Shown here one piece after another: positions 26,257 through 32,000 of a DNA stretch of 32,000 nt. The stretch covers positions 2,070,001 through 2,102,000 of the forward strand of contig NC_010628.1 in NCBI RefSeq assembly GCF_000020025.1, in the 5' to 3' direction. The first letter of the stretch is position 1. Each line of letters begins with the position of its first letter. This stretch comes from Nostoc punctiforme PCC 73102. GTDB taxonomy: Bacteria > Cyanobacteriota > Cyanobacteriia > Cyanobacteriales > Nostocaceae. The notes below the pieces were generated by a model. It ran no database searches and was not told the DNA's origin. It saw only the letters and a list, made by a program, of their open reading frames with translations. A program made the position numbers and the translations under genes.

Positions 26257-27273
26257 AACCAACAACGGTCTAAATCCATGTTTTACTGACACCCGGCCAA
26301 TCTGCTCCATTTTATCTACGGTAATCTGATTCCGTCCCCACGAAAAGTTCGTGTATAACTTCTCAAATTCCAGTAGCATTGATTCGGCAAAACAGGCAAA
26401 CAACTGACGGGCTGGCACGTCCATATTGACTATTTTCATAATTTTCCAGTCAATATCCAGGGAATGCTCTACAATCCCACCATTTAACACGTGTACGCCA
26501 GGATATTGAATTTTTGTTGCTAAGTTTTTAGGATAGCCACCATCAATCAACAAACAGGGTTGTTTCAAAGTGGTGGGGTCAATTTCCACGCCTCTGGGCA
26601 TACTAGCAACCCAAACTACAACATCGGCTTGGGGTAGTGCTTCTGTCAAACCCATGATTTTCCCCCGCCCCAGTTCGCCTTGCAACTCTTTGAGACGTTC
26701 TTGATCGCGGGCGATTAGCAGGAGTTCTTGGACATCTGTTCTCGCATCTAGCCAGCGTGTAACGGCACTACCAATATCCCCAGTTGCTCCACATACCGCA
26801 ACAGTCGCGTTTGATAGATTAATTCCCAGTTGTTTGGATGCTTCTTCCACCTGCTTACAAATAATGTAGGCAGTATGCGTGTTTCCTGTGGTGAAGCGTT
26901 CAAACTCTAGCTTGATATTTCGGACTTGGCTAAACTGCTCTAACTTAAAGTTTTCAAAAATAATCGAGGAAAATCCGCCTAAAGCTGTGATGTTAATGCC
27001 GTGCTTCTGTGCATGGGCCATAGCGTTGAGGATTTTCCGTGTTGCGGCTTTGATGCGGCGACTAGCTAGCATTTCCGGCAAAAAGCAAGATTCTACATAT
27101 CGTCCTTCAATTTGTTGCCCAGTAACACTGGTGACAATAATACTATCGACAATTTGCGGCGGGGCGCTGCACCAAAAGTCTAGCCCTTGATCGGCATATT
27201 CTGGGTATCCCAATTCTTGGGCTACGGCTTGAGCGTGTTCTAAACTAGTCAGATGTCCAATTAGACCAAACAT
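26254..27273 (-). CDS. aar: Acyl-ACP reductase (long-chain fatty aldehyde-forming)
   Basis: [43 protein letters not shown], the nucleotide-binding motif [11 protein letters not shown], and the catalytic-Cys context QLFACFAE. It sits immediately downstream of ado, as in the cyanobacterial alkane locus. Confidence 0.95.
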   Translation of the reverse strand: MFGLIGHLTSLEHAQAVAQELGYPEYADQGLDFWCSAPPQIVDSIIVTSVTGQQIEGRYVESCFLPEMLASRRIKAATRKILNAMAHAQKHGINITALGGFSSIIFENFKLEQFSQVRNIKLEFERFTTGNTHTAYIICKQVEEASKQLGINLSNATVAVCGATGDIGSAVTRWLDARTDVQELLLIARDQERLKELQGELGRGKIMGLTEALPQADVVVWVASMPRGVEIDPTTLKQPCLLIDGGYPKNLATKIQYPGVHVLNGGIVEHSLDIDWKIMKIVNMDVPARQLFACFAESMLLEFEKLYTNFSWGRNQITVDKMEQIGRVSVKHGFRPLLV

Positions 27274-27315
27274 GTAGTGATTATTAGGCTTATGCTATCT
27301 TGAGCGCGGGGGGAA

Positions 27316-27405
27316 TTTAGGAGAGTTAGGAGTTAGGAGTTGTGAGTTAGGAGTTCTGAGTTCTGAATTTAAACTACTCAGCACTCAGCACTCGTTACTC
27401 GGTAC
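27316..27405. repeat. AGTTAGG/AGTTCTG heptamer array opposed by ACTCAGC units (long hairpin) in the ado-aar spacer
   Basis: TTAGGAG AGTTAGG AGTTAGG AGTTGTG AGTTAGG AGTTCTG AGTTCTG, loop AATTTAAACT, then ACTCAGC ACTCAGC ACTCGTT ACTCGGT. About 6 of 7 positions per unit can pair. Confidence 0.7.
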
Positions 27406-27409
27406 TTTT

Positions 27410-28108
27410 TTAAGCACCTATGAGTCCGTAGGCTGACAAGCGCATAATATCGCGAGTCGAAAAACCAATGTTACTCAATGCTTCACCATACTGAATCATG
27501 AAGTCTTCTACCAAAGCATCTTTTTCCATTGCCATTGTGTGGGCATCACCTTCTACTTGGTTGAGCATTTTCCAGACGATGGGTAGGTTCTGGCGATTTG
27601 CAAGTTCAAGTTCAGCTTTGGATTCTGCAAAGTGTTCTTTCAACCAAACTTCTCCAAAATTGAGGTGGCTGTATTCTTCTTTAACTACTCCTTCAGTAAT
27701 TTTACGGGCGAAATCGTCGGCAACGGGGATGTAAATGTTATATGCTGCGATCGCAAAACATTCAATAATTAAAGACTGAATCAACAGACAAGTAACCACT
27801 TTCCCTTCTGCGGCAGCTGTTTGAAAATTTTGGTGTAGGCCGGAGAAAAACTCTTTGGCAAATTGCAAATCTGGGGTAACAGCTAAATTGCGCCCACAAG
27901 CTTCAAATCCTTTCTTATGGCGGCTTTCCATCTTGGATAGGCGAATCAATTCATCATGAGATTCTGGCAGCAGTTGGGCTAGTGTGATGTAATTTTCATG
28001 GGCTTCTTGTTCCCCTTCAATCACGATCGCATTAATCCGGCTATAAGCATCTTTGTATGTTTCGCTCTTGAAATCTAATTCTTTAGATTGGTCTGTAAGC
28101 TGCTGCAT
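27410..28108 (-). CDS. ado: Aldehyde-deformylating oxygenase (alkane-forming, ferritin-like di-iron enzyme)
   Basis: The di-iron ligand motifs are [10 protein letters not shown] and [10 protein letters not shown], with [11 protein letters not shown] also present. It is 232 aa, has AGGAG before the ATG, and is paired with aar. Confidence 0.95.
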
Positions 28109-28292
28109 GGTTATGTTTACTCCTGTAAACCTGAATTATTTGACACCAGGATTCAATTTACCCTATGAACTGAGGGTAACAATCTCTGTGGTTTAATTTA
28201 ACTTAACAAGTAGACTATGTTTATAGATTAATGGTTGCTGGGGGCAATGCTCTAGTACTAGCGAAATAAATGCTTTGCGGTTCAAGTTATTT

Positions 28293-29120
28293 ATGTCTAA
28301 ACCAAACCCGAATCTGAAATCTGGTGATTTTTTGAGCCTAGTAATCTTACTGCTAGGGGCATTTATCGTTTTACTACCGCTATTTGTGGTTTTTCTCACC
28401 TCCTTTGCATCGACAGCCGCCAGCCCAGAAAATTTGTCTAAAAATAACTGGTCTTTAGCTAATTACCGCGTTGCATGGCAACAGGGAAAATTTTTGCTGG
28501 CGTTTGCTAATTCTACCTTGGTAGCGATCGCTGTGACGGCGTTTCAGATTGTCACTTCTGCTTTGGCTGGTTACGCCTTAGCACGGCTGAAGTTTCGGGG
28601 GCGGCAAGCACTGCTATTGGTTGTTTTAGCAACTTTGGTGATTCCCTTTCAGTTATTGGTGATTCCCATCTTTTTGGTTTTGAAGTGGGGACACCTGATA
28701 AATACATACTGGGCGCTCATTTTACCCACTGCTGTCAATGGGTTTGGGATTTTCTTATTACGTCAGTATTTCCAGACAATTCCCGTAGAGTTAGAAGAAG
28801 CCGCAGCCATAGATGGGGCAACCAGATTACAAATATTGTGGCGGGTAATGTTACCTTTAGCCCGTCCGGCCTTAGTAACCCTGTTTTTGTTCACCTTCAT
28901 CGGCGAATGGAATGATTTGTTTAAGCCTCTGGTGTTTACGACACGACCAGAATTAAGGACGGTGCAATTGGCGTTGGCAGAGTTTCAAGAGCAATTTACG
29001 AATAATTGGCCCTTGATGATGGCGGCGGTGACAATAGCGACAGTTCCAGTAATGGTATTATTTCTTATTGGTCAGCGTCAGTTTATTCAGGGTATTGCTG
29101 CGACGGGAATTAAGAATTGA
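28293..29120 (+). CDS. Carbohydrate-type ABC transporter permease (MalG/UgpE-like)
   Basis: Six predicted TM helices and the EAA loop EEAAAIDGATRLQILWRVMLPLARPAL. I prefer the ATG at 28293 (MSKPNPNL). The track start at 28275 is a TTG. Confidence 0.85.
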   Translation: MSKPNPNLKSGDFLSLVILLLGAFIVLLPLFVVFLTSFASTAASPENLSKNNWSLANYRVAWQQGKFLLAFANSTLVAIAVTAFQIVTSALAGYALARLKFRGRQALLLVVLATLVIPFQLLVIPIFLVLKWGHLINTYWALILPTAVNGFGIFLLRQYFQTIPVELEEAAAIDGATRLQILWRVMLPLARPALVTLFLFTFIGEWNDLFKPLVFTTRPELRTVQLALAEFQEQFTNNWPLMMAAVTIATVPVMVLFLIGQRQFIQGIAATGIKN

Positions 29121-29413
29121 GTAGGGGAGGCTGGCGGCGAGTGGAAGCCCATCTTATGTTTAACCTGTTGGTGCATTGGCATAACTTACTGTACTTCTTC
29201 TCTTAAGTAAGCTAAGTATAGCGTTCCGCAGTAAAGGGATGCTTTCTGTCATACTCAGTACCTAAATAGAAAAGTAGCCAAAGTTGTACGCTCTCATGGT
29301 TCATCAATGCTTGAAGTACATCCGGCAGTAAAACATGAAGTTTTGTAACATTAAACGTAATTCTTACTAGTAAAGCTGGAATTAGACACACCTTGTAAGA
29401 AACGAAAACAGTT

Positions 29414-29674
29414 ATGAACCCTGAAACATTACAGCAGTTAAAAGACGAAGTTCAACAGAAACTGCTTGAAAGCGTTAATAATGCTAGCTTATACAGCGTG
29501 CTTGAAAAGTATGGGGTACCAGATGCTAGAGCTTTGACAGTTCAGTGGCAGTTCAATATTGACCCAAATAAAATCAAATCTGGTGATGCAGTTGATGAGC
29601 AGGAAATTTTGGTAGTGCAAGACTCATGGTGTGTCCCTTGCCCAACTGGAAACCCTCTTGGCTGTAACTGCTAA
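29414..29674 (+). CDS. 86-aa acidic, helical protein with a Cys-rich C-terminal tail (C-x2-C-x7-C-x-C); hypothetical, RiPP-precursor-like architecture
   Basis: ATG start with no signal peptide and no obvious SD. All four Cys (positions 73, 76, 84, 86) are in the last 14 residues, SWCVPCPTGNPLGCNC. An FNID motif is at residues 47-50. No terminator is seen before the next gene. Confidence 0.5.
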   Translation: MNPETLQQLKDEVQQKLLESVNNASLYSVLEKYGVPDARALTVQWQFNIDPNKIKSGDAVDEQEILVVQDSWCVPCPTGNPLGCNC

Positions 29675-29837
29675 ATAATTTAGTCTTCGCACTGCAAAGA
29701 GTTTATTCTAGTAAGTATAAAAATGCTGAACTTTGCATTTACTAGTTAGGTAACAAAGATAATCCCAAGTATCACCATACCTAATTAGCAAGGAGCAGTA
29801 TTTCAATATACTTTTATTTTTTGGGTGCAAGTTTGTC

Positions 29838-32000
29838 ATGTCTCGATACCGAAGTAGTTGGTACTGGGAGTTAGGGATAGTGAGTACATTAGCAATTGCT
29901 GGAGTACTTACTTTCTTTGAGAGTTTTGTCTTAGCCCAAATACAAAAAGATGGCACACTTGAATCTGAAAGTTCAATCATTACACCAAAACTAATCGATG
30001 GTCAGCTTATAGACCAGATTGATGGTGGGGCAGTTCGTGGTACAAACTTATTCCACAGCTTTGAACAATTTTCTGTCTCTGCGGAAAGGACAGCCTACTT
30101 TAACAATGCAATAGATATTCAGAACATTATCAGTCGGGTGACAGGTAACTCGATTTCTAAGATAGATGGGATTCTGAAAGCGAACGGCACGGCGAACCTG
30201 TTTCTGATTAATCCTAACGGCATTATTTTTGGGCCCAATGCTTCTTTAAATATTGGCGGTTCATTTGTGGCAAGTACGGCGAGTAGCTTGAACTTTGCTG
30301 ATGGTACAAAGTTTAGTGCTACATCTCCTCAAGCTAAACCTCTACTGACATTAAGTGTTCCCATTGGCTTACAATTTGGAGCAACTGCGGCTCCCATCCG
30401 CAATCAATCTCAAGCAAGTCCAGATGGCACAGTTGATATCTTTGGACAAGGCGTTGGTCTACAGGTGCAGCGAGGCAAAACCTTGGCACTTATAGGCGGT
30501 GATATCACGCTAGAGGGCGGAAATATAACGGCAAGGGCAGGAAAGGTTGAATTAGGAAGCGTTGCTGGCAATAGTCTGGTCAGTTTAAGTCCAACCAACC
30601 AAGGTTGGGTTTTGGGATATGAAGGTGTTCAAAATTTCCAAAATATCGAAATAATCCAGTTAAATAAAATTCCATCGATTGTAGATACTCATGGAAATGG
30701 TAGCGGCAATATCCACCTGCAAGGGGGGCTTGTGCGAGTAGCTGCCAGTTTCCTAATTCTAGTTAATCCCTTTGGAGTGCAATCAGGAGGGAATTTGACA
30801 GTGAACGCCTCAGATTCTGTAGTAATTGAAAAAGATTCGCAACTGTTTACTCAGAGTTTCTCCAACGCAAACTCTGGAAACATAAATGTCAATACTAAGA
30901 AGTTGGTGGTCAAAAGTGGAGCCCAATTGCAGGGGCAATTGACCATAAACGCTTCAGATTCCGTGGAACTAATTAGCGGCACTAACATCCCTCTCTTTCA
31001 AGATGGTAGTGATTTAATATCCAGTGGATTATTTAGTGCAACTTCTGGCGATAAAAACGCTGGCAACATCATAATTAATACTGGAAGGTTGCGTATCGAA
31101 GGAGGAGCAAGAATATCAACAAGTTCTGAGGGTATATACAGGTTTATTACTAACCAACTTACACCAGCTACAGGTAATGCAGGAAACTTGACGGTGAACG
31201 CTTCCGAGTCGGTAGAATTAATTGGAACTTCACCAAATGGTTCTAAGCTCAGTAGCTTGTTTTCTGGGACTCAAGGGCCTGGAGATGGCGGAAACTTGAC
31301 CCTAACTACAGGGCAATTGATTATCAAGGATGGGGCTGCAATAAATGTGAGCAGCCAAGCTCGAAAAAATGTAATCTATATCGGAGATCCAAATAATCTA
31401 GGAAAAGCAGGCGATTTAAATATAATCGCTCGCTCCATACTTCTCGACAACAAAGGAAAACTCATATCTAATAGTGAGTCAGGTAAAGGTGGGAATATTA
31501 CCCTACAGGTGCAGAACTTATTATTGATGCGCCGCGAAAGTCAAATCACCACTAACGCAGGTACAACAGGACTGGGTGGAGATGGCGGTAATATCATCAT
31601 CAATGCACCTAATGGCTTCATTGTCGCTACTCCCTTGGGAAATAACGATATCACTGCCAATGCCTTCTCTGACTCTGGTGGTAAAATCACAATCACCGCT
31701 AAGAACATTTTTGGATTTGTACCCCGCACTCGTGCAGATGTAGAAAAACTCGATCGAGAAGAAATCAACCCGAATAACCTGCGAACAAGTGACATCACGG
31801 CGTTTTCTCAGCAAAACCCTTCATTAAATGGCACGGTACGAATCAACTCACCAGATGTTGACCCTAGTCAAGGATTAGTGGAGTTGCCTGTAAATTTGGT
31901 TGATGCTTCCCAACAAATTGTTGCTGGTTGTAATTCTGGTGGAAAAATAGCCAAAAGTTCATTTATTACAACTGGGCGTGGAGGAATAGCGCCCAATCCC
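29838..32000 (+). CDS. Two-partner-secretion (filamentous-haemagglutinin N-terminal domain) beta-helical exoprotein, 3' end beyond the window
   Basis: Absent from the ORF track because there is no stop in the window. I translated it by hand from the ATG at 29838 as 721 codons open to position 32000. It has a signal-like N-terminus (STLAIAGVLTFFESFVLAQ). The TPS motifs are GTNLFHSFEQFSV and ANLFLINPNGIIFG. The beta-helix units GNLTVNASDSVELI are repeated, and the visible end carries CNSGGKIAKSSFITTGRGGIAPNP. Confidence 0.9.
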   Translation, partial: MSRYRSSWYWELGIVSTLAIAGVLTFFESFVLAQIQKDGTLESESSIITPKLIDGQLIDQIDGGAVRGTNLFHSFEQFSVSAERTAYFNNAIDIQNIISRVTGNSISKIDGILKANGTANLFLINPNGIIFGPNASLNIGGSFVASTASSLNFADGTKFSATSPQAKPLLTLSVPIGLQFGATAAPIRNQSQASPDGTVDIFGQGVGLQVQRGKTLALIGGDITLEGGNITARAGKVELGSVAGNSLVSLSPTNQGWVLGYEGVQNFQNIEIIQLNKIPSIVDTHGNGSGNIHLQGGLVRVAASFLILVNPFGVQSGGNLTVNASDSVVIEKDSQLFTQSFSNANSGNINVNTKKLVVKSGAQLQGQLTINASDSVELISGTNIPLFQDGSDLISSGLFSATSGDKNAGNIIINTGRLRIEGGARISTSSEGIYRFITNQLTPATGNAGNLTVNASESVELIGTSPNGSKLSSLFSGTQGPGDGGNLTLTTGQLIIKDGAAINVSSQARKNVIYIGDPNNLGKAGDLNIIARSILLDNKGKLISNSESGKGGNITLQVQNLLLMRRESQITTNAGTTGLGGDGGNIIINAPNGFIVATPLGNNDITANAFSDSGGKITITAKNIFGFVPRTRADVEKLDREEINPNNLRTSDITAFSQQNPSLNGTVRINSPDVDPSQGLVELPVNLVDASQQIVAGCNSGGKIAKSSFITTGRGGIAPNP

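Noticed and set aside
29708-29980. 90-aa minus-strand track ORF
   Set aside because: It overlaps the start and signal-peptide region of the strongly supported TPS exoprotein gene on the plus strand, so it is a shadow ORF.
31521-31814. Minus-strand ORFs of 97 and 85 aa inside the TPS gene
   Set aside because: They are antisense shadow ORFs within a repetitive beta-helix coding region. The plus-strand frame is open for 721 codons with recognisable motifs.

Overview
The window looks like a chromosomal segment of a filamentous, heterocyst-forming cyanobacterium (Nostoc/Anabaena-like). Evidence: cyanobacteria-specific genes (pipX, psaK, ado/aar), frequent HIP1 octamers GCGATCGC (e.g. 617-624, 5804-5811, 6276-6283, 6445-6452), and heptameric STRR-type arrays in most short spacers. 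It has three parts. (i) 1-10.3 kb is loosely packed with long AT-rich spacers. It holds a minus-strand regulator stack (MerR, OmpR-type response regulator, RHH protein), a 786-aa secreted beta-propeller protein with a DNRLRE-type C-terminal domain, a Rieske non-heme-iron oxygenase, a secreted hypothetical protein, a P1B-type Zn/Cd-like ATPase with a His/Cys-rich N-terminus, and a divergent small secreted Cys-containing protein. (ii) 10.5-28.1 kb is a dense, mostly minus-strand housekeeping block: Ski2-like DExH helicase, proC, sepF, pipY, pipX, ecfT/cbiQ, der, M50/CBS protease, two tandem psaK paralogs, trpF (+), folE, SDR oxidoreductase, accA, aar, ado. (iii) 28.3-32 kb holds a lone sugar-type ABC permease, an 86-aa ORF whose only four cysteines lie in the last 14 residues, and the 5' 2.1 kb of a two-partner-secretion (FHA-type) exoprotein that runs off the window. 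I found no tRNA/rRNA genes, no CRISPR array, and no clear self-contained novel multi-gene system such as a defence-like or toxin-antitoxin-like architecture. The most interesting items are: the Cys-tailed small ORF next to the TPS exoprotein; a ~95-120 bp MITE family present three times (one copy with a perfect 14-bp target-site duplication, two nested in larger palindromic elements); a ~760-bp ORF-free stretch upstream of pipX; heptamer arrays paired with their reverse complement in the operon spacers; and the metal-ATPase/secreted Cys-protein divergon. All functional calls rest on motif-level recognition of the translated ORFs. No database search was run.
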